NCBI GenBank assembly: GCA_963812135.1
Contig: CAWETU010000005.1
Coordinates: 302,469-366,468 of the forward strand
From: Vulcanimicrobiota bacterium
GTDB taxonomy: Bacteria > Vulcanimicrobiota > Vulcanimicrobiia > Eremiobacterales > Eremiobacteraceae
Reading direction: 5' to 3'
Length of the DNA: 64,000 nucleotides
A program made the translations under genes and the position numbers. This document shows, piece after piece, positions 30,688-39,801 of this stretch. The number at the start of each line of letters is the position of its first letter. The first letter of the stretch is position 1. The notes beneath the pieces are model-generated. The model saw nothing but the letters and a program-made list of their open reading frames with translations. It was not told where the DNA came from and did no database searches.

Positions 30688-32624
30688 CTAGCGGGCGGCG
30701 TCGATTGCCTCGAGCGAGGACGGGTTTTCGAGCGCCGAGAGGTCGCCAAGATTCTCCATCTTCAGATAGCGGGCGCGCGCGACGCGGCGCATCATCTTGC
30801 CGTTGCGCGTGTGGGGCAGGTCGTCGACGAACTTCACGGCTTTCGGCGCGAGCGCTTTGCCAAGATCTGTGATGACCTTGCCGTTCAGTTCGGCGCGCAG
30901 CGTTTCGTTTGCCTGCGACGCCGTTGCGCAAGACCACGAGGCACACTACCGTCTCGCCCTTCATCTCGTCCGGCACGGAGACGGCCGCGACTTCGCGCAC
31001 GCCCGGATGTGCCACGATCGCGCTTTCGTACTCAGCAGGCCCCACGCGCTTGCCGGCCACGTTGATCGTATCGTCGGAACGTCCGTGGATATACCAATAG
31101 CCCGCATCGTCGATGCTCGCCCAGTCGCCGTGCACCCACATATCGGGGAAGCGCGACCAATAGGTCTTGAGATACCGCTCCTCGTCGTGCCAGAAGCCCT
31201 GCGTCATGCCGGGCCATGGTTGACGGATGACCAGTTCGCCGACTTGGCCGCGCACGGATTGGCCGCCTCATCGACGACGTCGACATCCATGCCGAACACG
31301 GGGCCATGGAACGCGCACGGCACAAGCTCGCGCACCGGATAGCAACCGAGGATGCCGCCGCTGATCTCCGTGCCGCCCGAATAGTTGATGATGGGGACGC
31401 GGTCGCCGCCGACGTGTTTCGAAAACCACCGATACGGATCGGGATTCCACGCCTCGCCAGACGAGCCCAAGATGCGGAGGCTTGAAAGATCGTGCTTGTG
31501 CGGCCACTCGTCGCCGTGCGCCATCAGCGAACGGATGGCGGTGGGCGCGATGCCCAAGTGCGTCACGCGGTGGCGCGCCACCACTTCCCACAGGCGGTCC
31601 GGCCCTGGATAATCGGGCGTGCCTTCGAACAACACGCAGCTCGCGCCGAGGCCGAGCGCGCCGAGCACCAGGAACGGGCCCATCATCCAACCCATGTCGG
31701 AAAACCACAGCATGCGATCGCCCGGCTTGACGTCAAAGCAAAGGTGCTGGTCGATCTGCACTTTCACGGGAAAGCCGGCGTGTCCGTGAACGGCGCCTTT
31801 GGGTTGCCCGTCGAGCCCGACGTGTACAGCAGCAGATACGGCTCGTCCGAAGCGGTGCGCTCGGCGGCGAGGAACGGCTCCTCGTGCGCGACCGCGCTGA
31901 ACCAGTCGACGTCGCGACCCTCGACCCAGTCGATCTTCGCGTGGGTGCGCGCATAGACCAGCACGTGACGCACGCTGGGCACCTGCTCGAGCGCCGCGTC
32001 GGCCACCGCCTTCATGTCGACGGGCTTGCCACGACGAAACACGCCGTCGGCGGTGAGCAAGACTTTCGCTCCCGCATCCGCTAAGCGCGTCGCGAGCGCG
32101 GGCGCACCGTAGCCGGAAAACGCAGGTACGGCGATGGCGCCGATCCGGCCGATCGCCAACAGCGCGACCGCCGTCTCGGGCAGCATCGGCATGAAGATCC
32201 CGACCGTGTCGCCGCGTTGCACCCCCATGCGGCGCAACGCACCGGCGAGCCGGCACACGTCGGCAAGCAGCTCGTCGAATGTCAGACGGCGCACCGCGCC
32301 ATCCTCGCCTTCCCAGATGAGGGCGACATCGGCACCGCGGCCCGCCTGCACCCAACGATCGAGGCAGTTGAACGACGCGTTGTAGCGTCCGTCCACGAAC
32401 CAGCGCGCGAACGGCAGCCCGCGCGAGAGATCGAGCGTCTGCGTGTACGGCTCGAACCAGCTCAGCCCGAGCTGCGAGACGAGCTCGTGATAGAAACGCG
32501 CGATGTCGGCGCGCGCGTACGCCCACAGCTCCTCGAGCGTGGCGCAACCCACACGCTTCATGAAGCGCGTGAGGTTGGCGTCGTTCACGTATTGGGGAGT
32601 GGGGCGCCAGACGACGTCGTTCAC
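30688..32624 (-). CDS. acetyl-/acyl-CoA synthetase (AMP-binding), about 3 frameshifts (near 31800, 31257, 30910)
   Basis: ALIWEGEDG, YTSGSTG, DMGWMMGP, NYSGGTEI, WVHGDWA, GRSDDTINVAGKR, LPHTRNGKMMRR spread over four consecutive frame segments. Confidence 0.88.
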
Positions 32625-32694
32625 GGTCGAATGAATTCGACCGCTACGGACGCCTTCCCGGTCGGGGAACGGTCGAGTAAACTCGACCGCTACA
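32624..32694 (-). repeat. two REP family 1 copies
   Basis: cggtcgaatgaattcgaccgctac (32624-32647) and cggtcgagtaaactcgaccgctaca (32670-32694). Confidence 0.9.
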
Positions 32695-34074
32695 TTATTG
32701 GGAGGGCTTGGCCCCGTTTGCCGCGATCTGGTCGCGGATGAACGAGAGCGCGCGTTGCAGCTGTGCGTCGTTCAGGACGTTGCCGATGTCGATGGGCTTG
32801 ACGTCGGCGACCTCGATGTCGGGCTTGATGCCGATCGTGTTGATGTCTTTGCCGGACGGCGTGAGGTAGCGGGCCGTCGTGATCTTGATCGCGCTGCCGT
32901 CGGGCAACGGATAGATCGTCTGCACTTCGCCTTTGCCGTACGTCTTCGTGCCGATGAGCACCCCGGCGCCATCGTCTTGCACCGCGCCTGCGGTGATCTC
33001 CGAAGCGCTTGCGGTGTAGCCGTTGACGAGCACGGCGAGCGGACGCGATTCGACCGCGGTCGATTCAGCGTTGATGGTCGTGAACGGCTTTTGCCGCCCG
33101 TCGATCGAGACGATCGGGCCATCCGCGATGAACTTGGACGCGACATCGACGGCCGCGTTGAGGTAGCCACCGCCGTTGTAGCGCAGATCGAGCACGTAGC
33201 CCTTCACGCCGCGCTTTTGAAAATCGTCAAGCGCGCGCGTCAGCTCTTCGCCCGTGGTCGAGCCGAAGACGAGCAGCCGGACGTAGCCGACATTGTCATC
33301 GAGCACGCGTGCGAGCACGCTGGGTTCGTGGATGAACTGGCGCACGATCGACAGCGTGAGGTTCGCGGTCTCGCCTTTGCGTTGCACGACGAGTTCGACC
33401 GGGGTGCCGGCAGTGCCGCGGATCAGTTTGCTGTCGTCGCCGACCGAAAGGCCGGCTGTCGGTTTGCCGTCGATCGTCAGCACGATGTCGCCGGGCTGCA
33501 GACCGGCTTTGTCCGCCGGGCCGCCCGAGATCACTTGCGTGACGAGCAACGACTTGCTGACGGGATCGGTGTCGATCACGATGCCAATGCCGGGGAAGCC
33601 GCCGCCTTCCAAATTCTGATTGAGCGATTTGTATTCATCGGGCGTCATGAAGACGGTCCAATGATCGTGCAGCGAATCGAGGATGCCTGAGATCGCGCCA
33701 TACGCGATTTCGCGCTCGCTCACGCTCTTGCCGAAATCCCGATCGGCGGTCGTGAGCTCCTGGTTGAGCTGCGAGATGTCGGCGCTCTTGCTCCCGAGGG
33801 TGTGCAACGACGGCAGCTTGCTCGGATCGCCGCCCTTGCTCTTGACCGTCTTCTTGATGCCTGCGACCGCGCCGTCGAGCAGCGCCTGATCGTCGACCGA
33901 TTTGTAGAACTCCGCACCCGCGCGCAAGAAGCTGTAATCAAGCATCGAGCGGTTCAGGTCGTCGCCGCTCGGCGCGGCCTGCACCGCGCGGGCTCCCATG
34001 CCCAGGAGCAGTGCGCCGGCGAGCGCGCCGGCTGTGAGGATCTGCATGCGTCGCATCGGTGTCGGAGACATCAT
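32695..34074 (-). CDS. C-terminal processing protease (S41, CtpA-like), copy 2
   Basis: GIGIVI PDZ, DLRYNGGG, TASASEI, KTYGKG, TTARYLTPSG. Confidence 0.92.
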   Translation of the reverse strand: MMSPTPMRRMQILTAGALAGALLLGMGARAVQAAPSGDDLNRSMLDYSFLRAGAEFYKSVDDQALLDGAVAGIKKTVKSKGGDPSKLPSLHTLGSKSADISQLNQELTTADRDFGKSVSEREIAYGAISGILDSLHDHWTVFMTPDEYKSLNQNLEGGGFPGIGIVIDTDPVSKSLLVTQVISGGPADKAGLQPGDIVLTIDGKPTAGLSVGDDSKLIRGTAGTPVELVVQRKGETANLTLSIVRQFIHEPSVLARVLDDNVGYVRLLVFGSTTGEELTRALDDFQKRGVKGYVLDLRYNGGGYLNAAVDVASKFIADGPIVSIDGRQKPFTTINAESTAVESRPLAVLVNGYTASASEITAGAVQDDGAGVLIGTKTYGKGEVQTIYPLPDGSAIKITTARYLTPSGKDINTIGIKPDIEVADVKPIDIGNVLNDAQLQRALSFIRDQIAANGAKPSQ

Positions 34075-34083
34075 CTTCTTATC

Positions 34084-35517
34084 CTACGAATTCTTCGCGC
34101 TCAACGCGATCTGTTTGTGGACGTAATCGAGCGCTGCTTTGAGCTGGGTATCTTTGGCGTCAAGGCCAACGGTTTTCGGATCCATGGGCACGACGATATT
34201 GGGGTCGATGCCCTTCTTGTTGATGTCGCGCCCGTTCGGCGTGACGTAGCGCGCTGTCGTGATCTTCACCGCGCTCGAGCCCGGCAGGTCGTAGATCGTC
34301 TGCACGACGCCTTTGCCGTACGTGCGCACGCCGAGCAGCACGCCGACGCGAGCATCTTGAATGGCGCCCGCGGTGATCTCCGACGCGCTCGCGGTGTACT
34401 GGTTGACGAGCACGACGAGCGGGTGCGGTGGCACGGCGTCCTGATAGGCGTCTTCGGTCTCCACTTGGCCCGCGCGATTGATCGTCGACACGATGGGGCC
34501 GTCGGCGATGAACTTCGACGAGACCTGGACCGCGGCATCGAGCAGGCCGCCGCCGTTGTTGCGCAGATCGAACACGATCGCTTTGGCGCCCTGTTTGAAC
34601 AGGCCGTTGAGGGCGGCCGTGACCTCTTGTTCGGAGGTGTCGCCGAAATCGTAGAGCTGGATATAGCCGACGTCCTTGCCGATCATGCGATACGAGACCG
34701 ACGGCACGTGGATCTGCTCGCGCACCACGAGGTAGGTCTTGTCGGGCGTGCCTTTGCGCGCGACGAGCAGCTTGACGGGCGTGCCGACCTTGCCGCGGAT
34801 GAGATTCATGACCGAGTCGAGATCCATCGGGCGCGCGAGGTGGCCGTCGACGCTGACGATCGTGTCGAACGGCTTGAGGCCGGCTTTGTATGCTGGCGTG
34901 CCCTCGATCGGGTTGAGCACCTCGACGTCTTTGGTCTTCGGATCCTTCCCGATGTAGATGCCGATGCCGCCGAAGTCGCCGCCACGGATCAATTCGTTGA
35001 GGCTTTGGATCTCGCGCGGGCTCAGGAACACCGTATACGGGTCGTTGAGCGACGCGAGCATGCCTGAGACAGCGGCGAAGGTCAGGTCGTCAGCGTTTGC
35101 AGCGCCGTACTTGTCCATCGCGTCGGTGAGCATCTTGTTGGCCGCGGCTTCGTCATCGCTGAGAATGCCGTCGGTCGCGGGCACGGGGATCGTGCCGCTG
35201 AGGTGCTTCTTCTCGAGGAACTTGAGCAGCCCGGTGCGCTCGCCTTTGAGCAGATCCTCATCGTTGACCGGTTTGTAGAAATGATCGCGGACCTTCTCGA
35301 ACGAGGTGTCGAAGATGGTGAGGTCTTGGCTGCGGTCGCCACTCGGAGCGACGCCGACGGTGATGTCGCTGCGGACGTCGCCGATATGGAAGGCCAGCAC
35401 GCGGGGATCGATCGCGTTGGCCGAAGGCTTGATGTGGGCGCGTTCAAGCGCGAGCGTGAGGCCGGCTGCGGCGATGACTGCCGCGAGAACGGCGATGACG
35501 CGACGATTGGCTGGCAC
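34084..35517 (-). CDS. C-terminal processing protease (S41, CtpA-like), copy 1
   Basis: DPYTVF, GGIGIYI, DLRNNGGG, TASASEI, RTYGKG, TTARYVTPNG; start codon uncertain. Confidence 0.92.
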   Translation of the reverse strand: MPANRRVIAVLAAVIAAAGLTLALERAHIKPSANAIDPRVLAFHIGDVRSDITVGVAPSGDRSQDLTIFDTSFEKVRDHFYKPVNDEDLLKGERTGLLKFLEKKHLSGTIPVPATDGILSDDEAAANKMLTDAMDKYGAANADDLTFAAVSGMLASLNDPYTVFLSPREIQSLNELIRGGDFGGIGIYIGKDPKTKDVEVLNPIEGTPAYKAGLKPFDTIVSVDGHLARPMDLDSVMNLIRGKVGTPVKLLVARKGTPDKTYLVVREQIHVPSVSYRMIGKDVGYIQLYDFGDTSEQEVTAALNGLFKQGAKAIVFDLRNNGGGLLDAAVQVSSKFIADGPIVSTINRAGQVETEDAYQDAVPPHPLVVLVNQYTASASEITAGAIQDARVGVLLGVRTYGKGVVQTIYDLPGSSAVKITTARYVTPNGRDINKKGIDPNIVVPMDPKTVGLDAKDTQLKAALDYVHKQIALSAKNS

Positions 35518-35648
35518 GGAGGTCAGAGGGTCCTTTCGAATGGGTTTTTGCGGGACACGCCCGCCGTGCAATACTGAGAGAGTCTCATATCCTATATAAG
35601 ACGTTTATACCTCCAATTAGTTGCATAGAACCCGATGAGAATTGCCGT

Positions 35649-35716
35649 TGTAGCGGTCGAGTTTACTCCGCCGGTCGAATAAATTCGACCGCTACGTTGC
35701 AGATTCGACCGCTACA
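35649..35716. repeat. composite REP family 1 cluster (inverted partial, full and half copy)
   Basis: tgtagcggtcgagtttactc (35649-35668), cggtcgaataaattcgaccgctac (35672-35695), attcgaccgctaca (35703-35716). Confidence 0.88.
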
Positions 35717-36974
35717 GGCGGCTCAGGGGATTGACGGGCACGCCGTTGACGCGGATCTCGAAGTGCAGGTGGGGGCCGGTGGCGTAGCCCGTGGCGCCCA
35801 CGCGCGCGATCGCTTGTCCTCGCTGCACGTTGATGCCCTGCGACACCAAGATCGACGAACAGTGCGCGTACAGGGTCGAGAGACCGCCGCCGTGGTCGAT
35901 GATGACGGTGTTGCCGTAGCCGCCGTACCACCCCACGAACAGCACGACGCCGTCATCTGAGGCGACGATCGGCGCGCCGTATGGCGCCGCGATATCGATA
36001 CCGGTGTGCATCCGGTAACCGCCCAAGATCGGATGCCAGCGCATGCCGAAGCCGGAGACGACCGGGCCCTGTGCCGGCCAGATGAACTTGCCTGAACCCA
36101 TCGGCTCGTTCGGCGGCGCTTGGCCGGCAGCGATGGCCGCGGCGCGGCGCGCTTGTTGGGCGGCGAGGCGAGCGCGCATCGCAGCGGCGGCTTCTTCCCG
36201 CTGGCGTTCGACGATAAGCGCTTGCAACTCCGCCTCTTGCGCGGCGGTGAGGTCTTCGAGCTGTTGCACGTGCTGCTGGATGACGCTCTGTTGCAGCGTC
36301 GCGGCGTAGAGCAGTTCGCGGCGCCGGTCCGCCAGATCCGAGAGCTGGCCGCGATCGCGTTCGCGATCCGAACGTTGCGCATCGAGGTCGGCCTGCGTCG
36401 TTTCGAGGTCGGCGACCAGCGCCTGATAGCGATGTTGTTCGGTGTTCACGCGCGCGATGAGCTCGGTGTCGGAGCGCACGATGAACGTCAAGAAGTCAAG
36501 CCGCTCCACGAAATCCTCGAACGACGTCGAGTTGAGCAACACATCGAGGTAGGACGTCGAGCCTTGTTCGTAGATGTCGACGAGGCGCTTGTCGAGCGCC
36601 TCGGTGTGGCGCTTGAGGCTGGCTTGGATATCGGCCAATTGGACGCGCCGCACAGACAGGCGGCGTTCGGTGATGTCGATCGCCGCGGACAGATCGCCGA
36701 TCTCGCCCGATACTCTCGAAATCGCGCCGTTGGTCTCGTGCAGCTGCTCCGAGATGTTCTGCACTTTGAAGCGCGCTTGGTGAAGCTGGCCGCGCGCCTG
36801 CAGCAACTGCTGTTTGATGTGCTCGATCTTCTGCTGGCTCTGCTTGATCTTGATCGTGATCGGCAGCGGCGTCGGCGTCGGGTGCGCCGTCCGCGCCCAT
36901 GCCGGTGCGCCGAGCGCGCACGCCAGCGTGCAGGCCGCGATGGAGATCGCCGCCCACCCCAAGATCCGATGCAT
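35712..36974 (-). CDS. coiled-coil M23 peptidase (EnvC/CwlO-like FtsEX partner)
   Basis: Signal peptide, long coiled coil, HTGIDIA, GYGNTVIIDH, TGPHLHFEIR. Confidence 0.9.
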   Translation of the reverse strand: MHRILGWAAISIAACTLACALGAPAWARTAHPTPTPLPITIKIKQSQQKIEHIKQQLLQARGQLHQARFKVQNISEQLHETNGAISRVSGEIGDLSAAIDITERRLSVRRVQLADIQASLKRHTEALDKRLVDIYEQGSTSYLDVLLNSTSFEDFVERLDFLTFIVRSDTELIARVNTEQHRYQALVADLETTQADLDAQRSDRERDRGQLSDLADRRRELLYAATLQQSVIQQHVQQLEDLTAAQEAELQALIVERQREEAAAAMRARLAAQQARRAAAIAAGQAPPNEPMGSGKFIWPAQGPVVSGFGMRWHPILGGYRMHTGIDIAAPYGAPIVASDDGVVLFVGWYGGYGNTVIIDHGGGLSTLYAHCSSILVSQGINVQRGQAIARVGATGYATGPHLHFEIRVNGVPVNPLSRL

Positions 36975-37858
36975 CAAGCCGGCCGTAGGTAGCGGCTCAC
37001 GGAGAGCCAGCTCGCCAGCATCCCGACGAACGCACCCACGAGCACGAGCTCCAGCGCGAGACGGCCTACATTGACGGCGGCCAAATCGAGCGGCAGGAAG
37101 GGCAGATTGAACGTCAGCTTCGGCGCCAGCGTCCGATACGCGGGCCATAGGACGAGCAGCCCGACGAACGAGCCCGCCAGCCCCGTGAGCAAGCCCTCGA
37201 ACACGAAGGGCCAGCGGATGGTCCAATTCGTGGCGCCGACCAGCTGCATGATCGTGATCTCGCGCTGGCGCGCGAACACCGTGAGCCGGATCGTGTTATA
37301 GATGATGAGCGCCGTCGCGACCAGCAGAAGCACGATGACGCCGAGCCCGATCAAGCCGAGCACGCGGCGCACGACGAGCAGCTTCTCGGTCACCTTGCTG
37401 CCGTAGTTGACGAATGCGACCGCGGGCTTGGTCTGCAGCTCGCCCGCCAGGGGCGGCACATCGGTCGGATCGATCGTGTGCACCACGAACGAATTCGGTA
37501 AGGGGTTGACGTTGATGAGCCCGAGGTTGACCTGTCCGGCCAGGCGCTTGCGCAACGTGTCGAGCGCTTCTTGCTTGCTCACGAAGCGCACGTTGTCGAC
37601 GCGCGGGTCGGCGCGCAGCTGGCGCATCATGGTATCGATGTCCGCCGGGCCTGCCTCGTCCTTGAGATAGACGGCGATGTCGACTTTGTTGACGACGTTG
37701 CTCAGCAGCTGATTGAACGAGGTGCGCGCGAACAGGAAGACGCCGAGCACGACGATCGAGATCGCGACGGTGCCGATGGCGGTGAGCGCCATGGCGGCGT
37801 TGCGGGTGAAATTCTGGGCGACTTCGCCCCAAAAGAACTGCGTTCTACCCCAGTCCAA
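36974..37858 (-). CDS. ftsX: cell division permease FtsX
   Basis: FVSKQEAL, NPLPNSF, IYNTIRLTVFARQREITIMQLVGAT, PFVFEG; start may be 37858 or 37885. Confidence 0.92.
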   Translation of the reverse strand: MDWGRTQFFWGEVAQNFTRNAAMALTAIGTVAISIVVLGVFLFARTSFNQLLSNVVNKVDIAVYLKDEAGPADIDTMMRQLRADPRVDNVRFVSKQEALDTLRKRLAGQVNLGLINVNPLPNSFVVHTIDPTDVPPLAGELQTKPAVAFVNYGSKVTEKLLVVRRVLGLIGLGVIVLLLVATALIIYNTIRLTVFARQREITIMQLVGATNWTIRWPFVFEGLLTGLAGSFVGLLVLWPAYRTLAPKLTFNLPFLPLDLAAVNVGRLALELVLVGAFVGMLASWLSVSRYLRPA

Positions 37859-38534
37859 CGTGGTAGCGGCCTCGTTCTTCGTCATGCGCGATGCGGCCGT
37901 GGACCAGCCGCACGACGCGGCGGCGCATCCGGTCGACGCTCGCCTGGTTGTGCGTCGCCACGATGACGGTCGTGCCCTTGGAATTGATGCGCGCGAGCAG
38001 CGCCATGATCTCGCTCGACGTCTCCGGGTCGAGATTGCCGGTGGGCTCGTCGCATAAGAGGATGAGCGGGTTGTTGACGAGCGAACGCGCGATCGCGGTG
38101 CGTTGCTGTTCGCCGCCCGAAAGCTCGTGCGGGAACATCTTGCTCTTGTGCGCGATGCCGACGAGTTCGAGCGCGCGTGGCACGCGGCGCATGACGTCGC
38201 GCGAGCTCGCGCCGGTCACCTGCAGCGCGTACGCCACGTTCTCCCACACGGTCTTGCCGCGCAGCAGCTTGAAGTCTTGGAACACGACGCCGACCTTGCG
38301 CCGCAAATGCGGGACCTGGCGGTCCGGCAGCGACGACAGGCGCCAGTCGTCGATCACGACGTCCCCGGACGTGGGTTTGACCTCGCGGTAGATGCATTTG
38401 AGGATGCTGGATTTGCCCTGGCCGGTGCTGCCGACGAGGAACAGGAACTCACCGCGGGCGGCCGACAGGTTGATCTCCGACAGCGCGTGGACGCCGTTCG
38501 GGTAGACGAGGCTGACGTCCTCAAAAACAATCAT
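37845..38534 (-). CDS. ftsE: cell division ATP-binding protein FtsE
   Basis: [41 protein letters not shown]; next to ftsX. Confidence 0.93.
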   Translation of the reverse strand: MIVFEDVSLVYPNGVHALSEINLSAARGEFLFLVGSTGQGKSSILKCIYREVKPTSGDVVIDDWRLSSLPDRQVPHLRRKVGVVFQDFKLLRGKTVWENVAYALQVTGASSRDVMRRVPRALELVGIAHKSKMFPHELSGGEQQRTAIARSLVNNPLILLCDEPTGNLDPETSSEIMALLARINSKGTTVIVATHNQASVDRMRRRVVRLVHGRIAHDEERGRYHVGLG

Positions 38535-38585
38535 GCCCAGCCGTGTTCTGTCTGGGCGTGCGAGTACTGCATGCTCTGGTGTCGG

Positions 38586-38640
38586 TTCGCCGCGGCCGCG
38601 AGACGGCCCTATCGGCGGGAAAGAGCGTGCGCCGTCCGAA
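38586..38640. promoter_or_regulatory. back-to-back candidate sigma-H-like promoters (ftsE and acyl-CoA dehydrogenase)
   Basis: Minus strand AGG-N18-CGAA at 38610-38586; plus strand CGGGAAAG...CGAA at 38616-38640, 12 nt before ATG 38653. Confidence 0.5.
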
Positions 38641-38652
38641 CCGTATCGCGCT

Positions 38653-39801
38653 ATGAATTTCGATCTGACGCCGGATCAGCTGGACGTCCAGAAATTGTGC
38701 CGCGAATTCGCCGACGCGGAAGTCGCTCCGCACGCCGAAGCATGGGATGCAAAGGCGGAATTTCCGCTCGACTGCGTGCGCAAGATGGCGCAGCTCGGCT
38801 TGCTCGGTCTGCCGATTCCTGAGAAATACGGGGGAGCCGGCGCCGACACGGTGTCGTATGCGCTCGCGGTGATGGAGATCGGCCGTGCCGACGCCTCGGT
38901 CGGCATCACGATGGCCGCGCACGTCTCGCTCGGCACCGCGCCGTTCCTCATGTTCGGCAGCGAAGCGCAAAAGCAGCGTTACATCCCGCCGTTGGCGCGC
39001 GGCGAGCAGCTGTGGGCGTTCGGCTTGACCGAGCCGCAGGCCGGTTCGGACGCCGGCGCCACCGCGACCACGGCACGTTTGGACAACGGCCAGTGGGTCA
39101 TGAACGGCACGAAGGCGTTCATCACGAACTCCGGCACACCGATCACCGGCGGCGTGACCATCACGGCGGTGACCGGTAAGACCGCTGACGGAAAAGCGGA
39201 GATCAGCAACATCATCGTGCCGCAGGACGCGCCCGGCTTCTCGCGCGCGCAGCCGTATAAGAAGATGGGTTGGCGCGCGTCCGACACGCGCGAACTGTCG
39301 TTCGCGGATGCCCGCGTGCCTGAGGAAAATCTTCTCGGGCAACGCGGCCGCGGCTTCCATCAATTCCTCGACGTGCTCGACGGTGGGCGTATCAGCGTCG
39401 GCGCGCTGTCGGTGGGTCTGGCGCAAGCCTGCTACGACGCGAGCGCGAAATACGCGAAAGAGCGCATGCAGTTCGGCTCCCCGATCGCGAAATTCCAAGC
39501 GGTGCAGTTCCAGCTCGTCGATATGGCGGTCGAGATCGAACTGGCGCGCACGGCCGTGCTCAAGGCGGCGTGGCTGAAGGACCAGGGACGCGATTTCGCC
39601 ATGGCGGCGGCCATGGCCAAGCTGTATTCAGGCGAGGTGTCGCGCCGCTGCGCGAACGCCGGCGTGCAGATCCACGGCGGCTACGGCTTCATGGAAGAGT
39701 ACGCGGTGTCGCGCTATTGGCGCGACTGCAAGATCAACGAGATCGGCGAAGGCACGAACGAAGTCCAGCGCATGGTGATCGGCCGGCTGCTCGGCTTCTA
39801 G
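38653..39801 (+). CDS. acyl-CoA dehydrogenase
   Basis: MNFDLTPDQ, FGLTEPQAGSDA, NGTKAFITN, QIHGGYGF, EIGEGTNEVQR. Confidence 0.93.
   Translation: MNFDLTPDQLDVQKLCREFADAEVAPHAEAWDAKAEFPLDCVRKMAQLGLLGLPIPEKYGGAGADTVSYALAVMEIGRADASVGITMAAHVSLGTAPFLMFGSEAQKQRYIPPLARGEQLWAFGLTEPQAGSDAGATATTARLDNGQWVMNGTKAFITNSGTPITGGVTITAVTGKTADGKAEISNIIVPQDAPGFSRAQPYKKMGWRASDTRELSFADARVPEENLLGQRGRGFHQFLDVLDGGRISVGALSVGLAQACYDASAKYAKERMQFGSPIAKFQAVQFQLVDMAVEIELARTAVLKAAWLKDQGRDFAMAAAMAKLYSGEVSRRCANAGVQIHGGYGFMEEYAVSRYWRDCKINEIGEGTNEVQRMVIGRLLGF

Noticed and set aside
29297..30690. Integrase-mediated genomic island or IS element
   Set aside because: No recombinase, terminal inverted repeats or identical att repeats; the duplicated gene ends are diverged and come from both flanking genes.
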